DNA from: an uncultured Micrococcales bacterium
GTDB taxonomy: Bacteria; Actinomycetota; Actinomycetes; Actinomycetales; Microbacteriaceae
DNA: 33,087 nucleotides
Reading direction: 5' to 3'
Assembly (NCBI GenBank): GCA_903824455.1
Contig: CAIJWY010000057.1
Location: 1-33,087, forward strand
Shown: positions 1-8,314 of the stretch, piece after piece
How the letters are laid out: each line of letters starts with the position of its first letter
Position numbering within the stretch: position 1 is the stretch's first letter
Position numbers and translations under genes: made by a program
Notes under the pieces: generated by a model
The model's database searches: none
Seen by the model: only the letters and a program-made list of their open reading frames with translations
What the model was told of the DNA's origin: nothing

Positions 1-43
1 CAGCTAAACCTTCGGGTATGACCAGCGACTTGAGTTCTGACAT
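1..43 (-). CDS. RluA-family pseudouridine synthase, 5' fragment (runs off window)
   Basis: The minus strand from ATG at 43 reads MSELKSLVIPEGLA and overlaps the lspA stop (TGATG). An RluA-family gene usually follows lspA in actinobacteria. Only 14 codons are visible, so the call rests mainly on synteny. Confidence 0.6.
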   Translation of the reverse strand, partial: MSELKSLVIPEGLA

Positions 44-522
44 CAGAGTTTTTTGCCGCGCATGGTGAAAATGACGACCATGGTCATTGAGCCGGTGATG
101 CAAATGTCGGCCACGTTGAATACTGGGAAACCGAAAGGTAATTGCAGGAAGTCAACCACGCGACCCACCGGAAAGCCAGGGTCTCGAAACAGTCGGTCGG
201 CCAGATTACCCATAACCCCGGCCAAGAGTATTGCCAAAGTTACTCGCCAGGAGTTATCTCTTGCCTTAACCAGGAGCCAAACAATCACTAGCGTTGCTAA
301 CGACGAAATAATCGTGAAAATCCACGTTGCACCAAAACCGATTGAGAAGGCAGCCGAATCATTCCAAACCAGATAAAACTTCAAAATCTCGCCAATAAAG
401 GGCTGGCCTTCGTAGGGCTTGAGTTCGCTTAGCGCCCAAGCTTTGCTCCACTGATCGGCTATCAGCAAGGCGATGGTTAGAGGCAGGTATGAAAATATTT
501 TTGTTTTGGCGCGATTTGCCAT
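43..522 (-). CDS. lspA: Lipoprotein signal peptidase II
   Basis: 159 aa, hydrophobic, with DQWSK, N-x-x-AAFS, GNLADR, VVDFL and FNVAD motifs. Confidence 0.95.
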   Translation of the reverse strand: MANRAKTKIFSYLPLTIALLIADQWSKAWALSELKPYEGQPFIGEILKFYLVWNDSAAFSIGFGATWIFTIISSLATLVIVWLLVKARDNSWRVTLAILLAGVMGNLADRLFRDPGFPVGRVVDFLQLPFGFPVFNVADICITGSMTMVVIFTMRGKKL

Positions 523-1142
523 CAGCCTAAGATGCCCTGCGGGCTTGCTGGAGGTGCTGTTGGGGTTTCTAGATCGCGAAGCTGAGCTTCAATAAAGCTG
601 CGAATGCTGGCTCGGTAGTCTCGCTCGTACTGACGCAACTCTTGAATTGAGTGTTCCAGTAGCGCTTTTTCCTGTTCCAGGCGGCTTAGGTCTGAGCGCT
701 GCTGCGCTTCGGTTTCACGCAGCAAGCGAGCCGCGGTGGCCTGTCCTTCTGCGATTAGGGCGTCCCGTTTGGCGATACCTTCGCGAACGTGCTCGTCGTG
801 TAGTTTTCTGGCGAGCTGAAGAAGGTTATTGGTGTTATTTGGTTCGTTCACCTGCGCATCGGTCAGCGCTTCAGGGAATGCCGCTCCAGGGTTGGTAATT
901 GATGTTGCAATGTCTGAGGTTGGAAGAGATCCGGTCAGGGCTCCAGGTGAACGCTGTAGTTCCGCGATTCGACCGTCGCTGGCCAGTAGCCGCTGCCTTA
1001 GGTCTTCGTTTTCTTGATTTAGACGGCGCAGCTCAACGATGATTTCATCCAGAAAGGCATCGACTTCTTCTTGGTCGTATCCTTCACGGAATTTAGTCGG
1101 CTGAAATTTCTTGTAGTGAATATCTTCAGGTGTCAAAGACAT
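522..1142 (-). CDS. divIVA: DivIVA/Wag31 polar growth scaffold
   Basis: N-terminal LTPEDI...F...REGYDQEEVDAFLD signature followed by coiled-coil segments. GAGG RBS upstream. Confidence 0.95.
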   Translation of the reverse strand: MSLTPEDIHYKKFQPTKFREGYDQEEVDAFLDEIIVELRRLNQENEDLRQRLLASDGRIAELQRSPGALTGSLPTSDIATSITNPGAAFPEALTDAQVNEPNNTNNLLQLARKLHDEHVREGIAKRDALIAEGQATAARLLRETEAQQRSDLSRLEQEKALLEHSIQELRQYERDYRASIRSFIEAQLRDLETPTAPPASPQGILG

Positions 1143-1189
1143 GGGAGACCTCTTTACGTTTGTTCAAGAATCAAATCCAAGGATACCAA

Positions 1190-1195
1190 ATAGTA
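1190..1195 (-). promoter_or_regulatory. Candidate -10 element (TACTAT) for divIVA
   Basis: TAnnnT hexamer in the 80-bp sepF-divIVA gap. No transcript data. Confidence 0.4.
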
Positions 1196-1222
1196 TTCAA
1201 CAGCCGAGAGGCTGTGGATTGG

Positions 1223-1636
1223 TTACGAGGTGAAATCGGAAGAGTCTTCCTCTTCTTCTCCCTGATTGATAACAACGTTGGCAGGGGTGAGAAGAAATAC
1301 CTTTGGAGTAACTCGCTTGAGGGCGCCGTGGCGACCTTCCTTGAGGCCAAGGATGAAGTCAAGTGTGCGCAAAGAGTCTTTCTCAGAAAGGTTGGCCATG
1401 TTGATAATGAGCGGGATGTCTTGGCAGAAGTGCTCGGCAATCATCTTGCTGTCTTCGTAGGTGTTTGGGTCTAGGGTTACTATCTCCCCAACGTCTGAGT
1501 GGCCGCCTCGACCACCACGGATAGAGGTGACTTTCTTGCTTTCCGGCTTTGAAGCCGGCACAGCTTTCTTGCCGGCAGACTTTTCGCCATCTCCGGAAAC
1601 CCAAAAGTACTCTTTGAAACTGTCGAACATGCCCAT
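1223..1636 (-). CDS. sepF: Cell division protein SepF
   Basis: Start reassigned to ATG 1636 (MGMFDSFKEYFW, GAAGGA RBS), giving 137 aa. The C-terminal domain is SepF-like (P..YEDS..IAEHF...PLIIN...LDF..GL...VFLLTP), and the gene follows yggS. Confidence 0.88.
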   Translation of the reverse strand: MGMFDSFKEYFWVSGDGEKSAGKKAVPASKPESKKVTSIRGGRGGHSDVGEIVTLDPNTYEDSKMIAEHFCQDIPLIINMANLSEKDSLRTLDFILGLKEGRHGALKRVTPKVFLLTPANVVINQGEEEEDSSDFTS

Positions 1637-1664
1637 GATTAGTCCTTCTACTGCAGTTGAATTC

Positions 1665-1670
1665 AGGATA
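1665..1670 (-). promoter_or_regulatory. Candidate -10 element (TATCCT) for sepF
   Basis: TAnnnT hexamer just after the yggS stop, 28 nt before the sepF ATG. Confidence 0.4.
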
Positions 1671-1673
1671 TTG

Positions 1674-2357
1674 CTAAATCTGACGATTACCTGTAATTGC
1701 GGTGCCGATGCGCAGGTGTGTCGCACCATAACCGAGTGCCTGAATAAAGTCTCCAGACATCCCGATTGAAAGCCCATTCGCCTCTGGGTGGTTTGCTTGA
1801 AGTTTCTCGCTGAGTTTGGCGACGATCTCGAAATCACGTTCCGGTGAATGCTCAAGCGACGCCACGGCCATGATTCCTTGGAGTCTTAGATTTTTGGCTA
1901 GCTTCACCTGTTCGGCAAAACGTAACAACTCATTAATTTCCACTCCGCCACGGCTTGGATCATTAGTGAGATTAATCTGAATGAAAACATCGATTGCAGA
2001 ATCTCTGTCTACGGTTCGCTTCGAAAGCTCGTGCAACAGAGATTCTCGGTCTAGTGAGTGAATGGTGCTGGCAAATTCCAGAGCCTGGCGAACCTTGTTG
2101 GTTTGGAGTTGACCGATGAGGTGCCAATTGGCTTCCGATCGATTGCCGCTTTGGTTGAACTCTTCGAATTTTGGCAGAGCCTCTTGCACCCGGTTTTCAC
2201 CGAAATTGCGCTCTCCCAAATCAAAAAGTTCTTCGACTAACGCGACCGAATGATTTTTAGTGACAACAATCAGCGTTGGCTCTGCTCGCTCCAGTCGAAG
2301 ACACTCTGCAGTAATTTCCGCACGGGTGAAACCTAGGCGTGCGGCTAGATCGGGCAT
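1674..2357 (-). CDS. yggS: YggS/PROSC pyridoxal phosphate homeostasis protein
   Basis: VVTK (PLP lysine), FGENRVQE, WHLIGQLQTNK, SIGMSGD and GATHLRIGTAI motifs. Confidence 0.95.
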   Translation of the reverse strand: MPDLAARLGFTRAEITAECLRLERAEPTLIVVTKNHSVALVEELFDLGERNFGENRVQEALPKFEEFNQSGNRSEANWHLIGQLQTNKVRQALEFASTIHSLDRESLLHELSKRTVDRDSAIDVFIQINLTNDPSRGGVEINELLRFAEQVKLAKNLRLQGIMAVASLEHSPERDFEIVAKLSEKLQANHPEANGLSIGMSGDFIQALGYGATHLRIGTAITGNRQI

Positions 2358-3586
2358 TACTTTAGGAAGTCAGGGATGTCTAGCTGGTCGCCAAATGCTC
2401 CGTCATCTTTTGCCTTCGGGCTCGTTGGCAGGTCAATCACCTCGGTTTTTGGCGCACTGTCTTCGGTGCTGGCTAAGTAACCACCAAAGGTGTCTTCGTC
2501 CTCTTTTGGTTCAGCCAGCTGAAATTCGGCTGGCTCGTCGATGACTACCGGGCTGACTAACGGCTCTTCAATTCCAATTACCTGGATTTGGTCGGTGTTG
2601 GTTTTAGTTGGAATCGACACCGAAGGCTTGCGAACCGGGGCTCCTCCGTCGAAGCCAGCTGCAATTACGGTTACCCGAATTTCATCGCCGAGTGAATCAT
2701 CATTTGAGAACCCGAAGATTACGTTGGCGTTTGGACTTACCGACTCTTGAATTAGTGCTGATGCTGCTGATACTTCGTGCAGCCCCATGTTGCTTGCGCC
2801 CTGCATCAACATGAGCACTCCGTGAGCTCCTTCGATGCCAGCTTCCAACAACGGGTTGTTAATAGCTTTCTCGGCGGCCTTGATGGCTCTGTCCTCGCCT
2901 TTGGCGCTTCCGATTCCCATGAGAGCGGTTCCGGCATTCTGCATCACCGAACGCACGTCGGCGAAGTCAAGGTTTACGGTTCCTGGAATGGCAATCAAAT
3001 CGGTTATTCCCTGAACACCGGAACGAAGAACGTCGTCGGCAATTTTCAGAGCATTCTCGAGGCTGATCGTCAGGTCTTCGATGTCAAGCAGTCTTTGGTT
3101 TGGCACCACAATTAGAGTGTCGACTTCGGCCTGGAGCTCTTCGATTCCCTTTTGCGCCTGCTGGGCTCGTCTCGGGCCTTCCCAGGTAAATGGGCGGCTT
3201 ACTACACCAACTGTTAGTGCGCCTAGTTCTTTGGCAATCCGAGCCACCACGGGCGCGGCACCGGTTCCAGTTCCTCCACCTTCACCTGCGGTAACAAAAA
3301 CCATGTCGGCGCCTTTGAGCGCGGCCTCAATGTCTTGGATGTGCTCTTCAGCAGCTCGGCGACCCACCTCAGGATCCGCTCCGGCTCCGAGTCCTCGGGT
3401 TGTTTCACGACCGATGTCGATTTTTACATTGGCAGCGCTCATGGTTAGTTGCTGGGCATCGGTGTTTATGGCGATGAACTCAACTCCGCGCAGGCCAGCT
3501 TCAATCATTCGGTTAACGGCGTTTACGCCGGCACCACCGACTCCGGCTACCTTGATTTCGGCCAAGTAGTTATTCTGCTGTGCCAT
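2357..3586 (-). CDS. ftsZ: Cell division GTPase FtsZ
   Basis: GGGTGTG tubulin signature, NTDAQ, NLDFADV T7 loop, acidic linker and C-terminal LDIPDFLK peptide. GGAGG RBS. Confidence 0.99.
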   Translation of the reverse strand: MAQQNNYLAEIKVAGVGGAGVNAVNRMIEAGLRGVEFIAINTDAQQLTMSAANVKIDIGRETTRGLGAGADPEVGRRAAEEHIQDIEAALKGADMVFVTAGEGGGTGTGAAPVVARIAKELGALTVGVVSRPFTWEGPRRAQQAQKGIEELQAEVDTLIVVPNQRLLDIEDLTISLENALKIADDVLRSGVQGITDLIAIPGTVNLDFADVRSVMQNAGTALMGIGSAKGEDRAIKAAEKAINNPLLEAGIEGAHGVLMLMQGASNMGLHEVSAASALIQESVSPNANVIFGFSNDDSLGDEIRVTVIAAGFDGGAPVRKPSVSIPTKTNTDQIQVIGIEEPLVSPVVIDEPAEFQLAEPKEDEDTFGGYLASTEDSAPKTEVIDLPTSPKAKDDGAFGDQLDIPDFLK

Positions 3587-3605
3587 GAGTTACCTCCATT
3601 TTGCG

Positions 3606-3630
3606 AACCCTAAACCTCACGCTGAACGTT
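3606..3630. promoter_or_regulatory. Candidate MerR-type (FtsR-like) operator upstream of ftsZ
   Basis: AACCTcacgctgaACGTT at 3613-3630 (imperfect AACCT-N8-AGGTT), overlapped by AACCCTAAA at 3606-3614. Confidence 0.55.
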
Positions 3631-3701
3631 ATTGTTCGCCAAGATTACTTACTGCGCCTAGAAATTACGCCGAAACCGAGTGAAAACGAGTTAGGTGGCT
3701 A

Positions 3702-3712
3702 GGCGTGTCGCG
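3702..3712 (-). promoter_or_regulatory. GACAC (WhiA-type) motif upstream of ftsZ
   Basis: The minus strand reads CGCGACACGCC right after the ftsQ stop, in non-coding DNA. GACAC is the known WhiA recognition core. Confidence 0.5.
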
Positions 3713-4591
3713 CTAATAGACAGAAGGTTGGGTTGGCGACGACACGTCAAAGGTGATTGACGGGCTGCGCTTGTAATGCTTCATCAGGGCAGCGAGCACT
3801 TCCGCCTTCAAACTCGGCTGAGAAGAATCTCCCCATAGGATGCTCTGCCGGTTGGTTCGCAAATTAAGCACCACATTGTCTTTTGACACGGCCCGAATCG
3901 ACCAAATCTTTGCGAGTAATGAGTGAGGCAAAGACAGTAAGACATCGATCGACCTCGCGAAAGCTTTCGAAGTGGAAGGATTCCCAGCACCGGATATGGT
4001 TGGCAACTTATCGCTAGACGACGCACGGCCGATTTGAACACCGGCTGGATCATAAAGATACTCAACGCCGTTGATCAGAACAATTGCAATAGCCGAACGT
4101 TCGATGACCACAATCCGAAGGGTATTTGGCGGAACGCTAACTGCAGAAACAGAGTCAATTAGTTCGTAGTCGCTCAGTTTGGCTGCCACCTCATCCGTGG
4201 TGATCTGAGGCAAAGGTCTGCCCTTCAGACTTTTTAGATCTTTTAGGATTTCGGCTTCAGAGACTAGTTTCGTGCCAACAACTTCGATTTTGGTAACGGC
4301 GAGCACCGGAGTTACCCAAACCACAACCACCAGTATGGTCAGAAGTGAAACGGCTGCCATCAGCCCGAGCCACACCCGGCGACCAAAACTGGTTTTGGGT
4401 CTCAATTTCGCCACCGAAGCACGGGCATTACTCTCGTGGATTGCCAATCGTTTCGCAGAGTCTCGCGCCGAATCGTTCTTCAACGGCGGAGACTTTTTCT
4501 GGGGTGCAAAAAGTTGAACCACGTTGTCACGGTTGGTCTTTTTTGCTTTAGGTCGCTGGCTAGAACCAGACCGCGACGGAGGCCTTTTCAA
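3713..4591 (-). CDS. ftsQ: Cell division protein FtsQ/DivIB
   Basis: Basic cytoplasmic N-terminus, one TM helix, POTRA-like region (IEVVG...PPNTLRIVVIER), WGD and FDVSSP tail. Lies between murC and ftsZ. TTG start. Confidence 0.92.
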   Translation of the reverse strand: MKRPPSRSGSSQRPKAKKTNRDNVVQLFAPQKKSPPLKNDSARDSAKRLAIHESNARASVAKLRPKTSFGRRVWLGLMAAVSLLTILVVVVWVTPVLAVTKIEVVGTKLVSEAEILKDLKSLKGRPLPQITTDEVAAKLSDYELIDSVSAVSVPPNTLRIVVIERSAIAIVLINGVEYLYDPAGVQIGRASSSDKLPTISGAGNPSTSKAFARSIDVLLSLPHSLLAKIWSIRAVSKDNVVLNLRTNRQSILWGDSSQPSLKAEVLAALMKHYKRSPSITFDVSSPTQPSVY

Positions 4592-4594
4592 GGA

Positions 4595-5983
4595 TTACTT
4601 CTCCAGCGCCGCAAGTAGCTCAGGCACCATTCGGTAAACATCCCCGCAACCCATAGTCACTATGAAATCCCCCGCAGTAGCCAAAGACGCTGCCACCGCC
4701 GGGGTATCTTCCCACTTCTCAACGTAATGAACCTTAGAAGGGTTGGTGAAACTATCAGAAACCAAGCGCCCGGTTACGCCAGGTTCGGGATCTTCACGAG
4801 CCGCGTAGATGTCCATCACCACAACCTGATCGCTCAATGCCAGCGCCTCAGCAAATTCACGATGCATTAGCTTGGTACGACTATAAAGATGAGGTTGAAA
4901 AACCGTAATCAACTTACCCTTTCCAACCACGGCTCTAGCCGCCGAAAGTGCCGCGGCAACTTCGGTTGGGTGGTGCGCAAAATCATCGTAAACACTTACT
5001 CCGCGGAATTCGCCGTGAAGTTCAAAACGTCGCTCGGTACCCTCGAATGTTGCGATGCCGGCTAGTGAATGATGAGGGTCGAAACCTAGACCAACCAAGA
5101 CAGCAAAAGCACCGGCGGCATTAATGGCGTTATGGACACCAGGGATTTTTAGCTTTGCTTCAAGCACTAGGTCTTCGTAGGCGAGCTTGAAAGAAACCCT
5201 AGCGCCCGAGGCATCTACGTCAAATAATCGAACGGTTGAGTTTGCGGCTAGCCCGAAAGTGAGAACTCGCCTATCGGTCAACTGCGAAGTAACTCGAACA
5301 GCCCCTGGATCATCGGAACTAATGACCACAAATTCTTTTGCCCCGGTGGCAAATTTCGCAAATTCGGCTTCAAAAGCCTCCAGCGATCCATAGTGGTCAA
5401 GATGATCTGGATCAACATTGGTAATGAGAGCCACCGCTGTTTCGTAGTGCAGGAAAGACCCATCAGATTCATCGGCCTCGATAATAAACAGGTTATCTTT
5501 GCCGCTGGCGCTGGATGCTCCGAGCTCTGCGATCACTCCGCCGTTTACGAAACTAGGATCTACCCCGAGCCGAAGTAGCCCGGTAATTACCATTCCCGTG
5601 CTCGTGGTTTTACCGTGCGCCCCAGCAACCGCAACGAGTCGGTTCTTAGTAGTTAAGTAGGCCAGAGCCGCGGACCGGTGCAATACCGGAATTCCCCGCT
5701 CCTTTGCCAGAAGATACTCGGGGTTGGTCGGCCACAAAGCAGAAGTGACCACAACGGTGTCGGGATTGCCGAGGTTTTTAGCGTCGTGTCCGATGTGAAT
5801 CGTGGCTCCTAATTCGCGCAACATGGCCACGTTGCCCGTGTCACGAAGATCAGATCCGGTGACCTTATGACCCATACCAAGTAAAACCCGAGCAATCCCG
5901 CTCATTCCAGACCCCCCGATCCCAATGAAATGAATGGTGCCAAGGTCGTGCGGTACGGGTTGCGAAAAGTCAGGTTTGATCAT
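4595..5983 (-). CDS. murC: UDP-N-acetylmuramate--amino acid ligase MurC
   Basis: [36 protein letters not shown] and HHPTE motifs. Start reassigned to ATG 5983 (GAGGA RBS). Confidence 0.97.
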   Translation of the reverse strand: MIKPDFSQPVPHDLGTIHFIGIGGSGMSGIARVLLGMGHKVTGSDLRDTGNVAMLRELGATIHIGHDAKNLGNPDTVVVTSALWPTNPEYLLAKERGIPVLHRSAALAYLTTKNRLVAVAGAHGKTTSTGMVITGLLRLGVDPSFVNGGVIAELGASSASGKDNLFIIEADESDGSFLHYETAVALITNVDPDHLDHYGSLEAFEAEFAKFATGAKEFVVISSDDPGAVRVTSQLTDRRVLTFGLAANSTVRLFDVDASGARVSFKLAYEDLVLEAKLKIPGVHNAINAAGAFAVLVGLGFDPHHSLAGIATFEGTERRFELHGEFRGVSVYDDFAHHPTEVAAALSAARAVVGKGKLITVFQPHLYSRTKLMHREFAEALALSDQVVVMDIYAAREDPEPGVTGRLVSDSFTNPSKVHYVEKWEDTPAVAASLATAGDFIVTMGCGDVYRMVPELLAALEK

Positions 5984-6002
5984 TATTGTCCTCGGGTCAA
6001 CC

Positions 6003-7094
6003 CTATTTGTCGGATCTTTGATTGGCTGGCAACACACTCTGAACCAGCTGGAGTAAGCGAATCGTTCCGTCGGAGATGCTCGCCTTCCTAGCTGCTAGTC
6101 GCATTCGCTTTAACTCTTTGGTATTTGAGATGAGCGGAATCACAAGATCCCGCACAGAATCTGAGTCAAAATCGGCGTCATTTATCAAGATCGCACCACC
6201 GGCAGCAACTAGTCCTGCAGCGTTAAAGCGCTGTTCACCGTTACCAACCGGATAGGGAACAAAAACGCTGGGCAAACCAAAGGCTCCCAATTCGCACACG
6301 GTGGAAGCTCCTGCGCGAGCTACGGCCAAATCCGCCGCGGCAATGGCCAAATCCATTCGATCGCAGTACTTCATGCGCACTAGCGCCGGTGATTGAATTT
6401 CACCGAGATCAGAGTTGCCTCCGGTAATGTGCAAGACCTGAATTCCGGCTGCATCAAGAGTTCCAGCGGCTGCGGCAATGGTTTCGTTGATCCGCTTAGC
6501 CCCCAGCGAACCGCCGGTTACCAAGAGAGTTGCAACATCTGGGTTTAGCCCCAGTTCTTTGCGAGCGCTGAGCTGATTCGCTTTTAGAATGGCCTCTTCG
6601 ATTTCCAACCGCAGTGGCATGCCGGTCGTGACCGCTTTGGGAAGTTTTGTTGACGCGAAGGCAACGCCAACTGCCGCAGCACTTCTAGCACCGAGACGAT
6701 TTGCCAGACCTGGTAGCGCGTTTGCCTCATGGATCACATAGGGCACTTTGGCGCGCTTGGCTGCTAAGTAAGCCGGCGCACTGGCATAACCACCGAAGCC
6801 GACCACAACTTCGATTTTCCGCTCTTCGATGAGTTTGACAATTTGGTTCACCGCCCGTCGCAGTTTGATCGGAAAGGCAAATGCGTAGCCATCCAATCTG
6901 CGGGGGAATGGAAGTTTTTCAATTATCTGCAGTTCAAAACCGCGCAATGGCACCAAACGCGACTCGAGCCCCTCTGCAGTGCCCAAAGTAATCACTTCAG
7001 ATTTGGGTTCACTAGTTCGGATGGCTTCAGCCAATGCCAGAAGCGGATTCACGTGACCGCCGGTACCCCCGCCAGCCAAAAGGTAAACCGTCAT
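6003..7094 (-). CDS. murG: Lipid II GlcNAc transferase MurG
   Basis: [30 protein letters not shown] and EQ..NA motifs. Confidence 0.98.
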   Translation of the reverse strand: MTVYLLAGGGTGGHVNPLLALAEAIRTSEPKSEVITLGTAEGLESRLVPLRGFELQIIEKLPFPRRLDGYAFAFPIKLRRAVNQIVKLIEERKIEVVVGFGGYASAPAYLAAKRAKVPYVIHEANALPGLANRLGARSAAAVGVAFASTKLPKAVTTGMPLRLEIEEAILKANQLSARKELGLNPDVATLLVTGGSLGAKRINETIAAAAGTLDAAGIQVLHITGGNSDLGEIQSPALVRMKYCDRMDLAIAAADLAVARAGASTVCELGAFGLPSVFVPYPVGNGEQRFNAAGLVAAGGAILINDADFDSDSVRDLVIPLISNTKELKRMRLAARKASISDGTIRLLQLVQSVLPANQRSDK

Positions 7095-8314
7095 CGGCGA
7101 CCTGCTCCCTGCACCACACGCAGAGCTGGCTTTAGTGAATTATTCTTCTCAATCCCAAGGACGATTCCGATTGCCACCAGGGTTGCCAGCATCGATGTGC
7201 CACCCGCGGAAATTAGGGGAAGGTTCACTCCCAACACCGGAAACATCGTAAGGACAACTGAAATGTTGATGAACGCCTGAGACATGATCCAAAAGGTAAC
7301 GCCATAGACCACCAGTGACTGAAAAGGATCTTTAGTTTTCTTGGCGATTTTCATCATGACCATACCGAGAGCTATGAACAGAGCAATCGTGAAGAGAGCC
7401 ACGAACATCCCAAGTTCCTCGCCGATGATGGCAAAAATGAAGTCGTTTTGAGCTTCCGGCAACCAAGACCACTTCATCTTGGAGTTTCCCAATCCCACCC
7501 CAAACGGTCCACCTGAGGCGAATGCCCACTTGGCGTGTTCTGACTGCCAGTTATAGCCATTTGGATCTGGAGCACTGGGGTTCAACCAGGCGAAGAATCG
7601 ACCTCGGCGCGAGGTGTTGCTCATCATCAACACTGGAACAGCAATGGCAGCTGCTAGGGCAAGTGTGCCGACATATTTCCAGGGTAGGGCCGCCATGTAA
7701 TACATGCCAAAGAGGATGATCGCCATGATTAGCGTGGTACCAACATCGCTCCCCAAAAAACCAACCAGAACTGCCACGACGCCAAAAGCAATCGATGGGG
7801 CATACCAAAACTGCAGTTCATGAGACTCAAAGCGGTTCGGTGCGGTGAGCATCTTGGCTATGTAGAGAATTAGAGCAATCTTGATGAACTCAGACGGCTG
7901 AATAGAAACAGGTCCGAGATAGAGCCAGTTGCGGTTTCCATTAACCGACGCTCCTAGAGGAGTAAATATCACCAAAAGCTGAAGCAAAATACCGAGTCCC
8001 ATTGCAAAGTTAGCCAAATTGAGTAATCGCTCGGGTCGCAAATTAGCGAAAACAAGTAAGAGGAAACCACCGATTAGGATTCCGCCGAGTTGCGACCACA
8101 TTTCCCCAAAAATATCGTTCTCTTTGATGACTGCATCCACATATGAAGAAGAGAAAACCATCACCAAGCCGAAGGCGGTCATGAAAATAACAGTCCAGAG
8201 CAACCTCTTGAATTCCGGTGATTGACCGCTGAAGACGTTTCTGGCTAGGTTCTGGAACTTAGCAAGCAAACTAGGTCCAAGCTGCGCGAATGTTGCTCGA
8301 TTATTTCTAGCCAT
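7091..8314 (-). CDS. ftsW: SEDS peptidoglycan polymerase FtsW
   Basis: Multi-TM protein with VFSSS, NGNRNW, IQPSEFIK, LPEAQNDFIFAIIGEELG and LPLISAGGTS. Confidence 0.97.
   Translation of the reverse strand: MARNNRATFAQLGPSLLAKFQNLARNVFSGQSPEFKRLLWTVIFMTAFGLVMVFSSSYVDAVIKENDIFGEMWSQLGGILIGGFLLLVFANLRPERLLNLANFAMGLGILLQLLVIFTPLGASVNGNRNWLYLGPVSIQPSEFIKIALILYIAKMLTAPNRFESHELQFWYAPSIAFGVVAVLVGFLGSDVGTTLIMAIILFGMYYMAALPWKYVGTLALAAAIAVPVLMMSNTSRRGRFFAWLNPSAPDPNGYNWQSEHAKWAFASGGPFGVGLGNSKMKWSWLPEAQNDFIFAIIGEELGMFVALFTIALFIALGMVMMKIAKKTKDPFQSLVVYGVTFWIMSQAFINISVVLTMFPVLGVNLPLISAGGTSMLATLVAIGIVLGIEKNNSLKPALRVVQGAGRR

Noticed and set aside
340-372. LspA motif NDSAAFS instead of NxGAAFS
   Set aside because: A single substitution with the catalytic Asp motifs intact; no reason to infer a changed function.
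1718-1722. GACAC motif upstream of sepF
   Set aside because: It falls in the codons of the conserved yggS GATH motif, so coding constraint explains it. Dual use cannot be shown from sequence alone.
1637-1855. N-terminal extension of the 210-aa ORF 1223..1855
   Set aside because: It overlaps yggS in another frame. The SepF-like sequence and RBS begin at ATG 1636.
3081-3569. 162-aa antisense ORF over ftsZ, and similar shadow ORFs (53..376, 9373..9783, 23119..23568, 25138..25683, 27353..27802, 30523..31035)
   Set aside because: They lie opposite well-conserved genes, show no recognisable motifs, and are typical products of codon bias.
5984-6037. Longer murC start overlapping murG
   Set aside because: ATG 5983 has an RBS and gives a normal N-terminus. 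The upstream residues look spurious.
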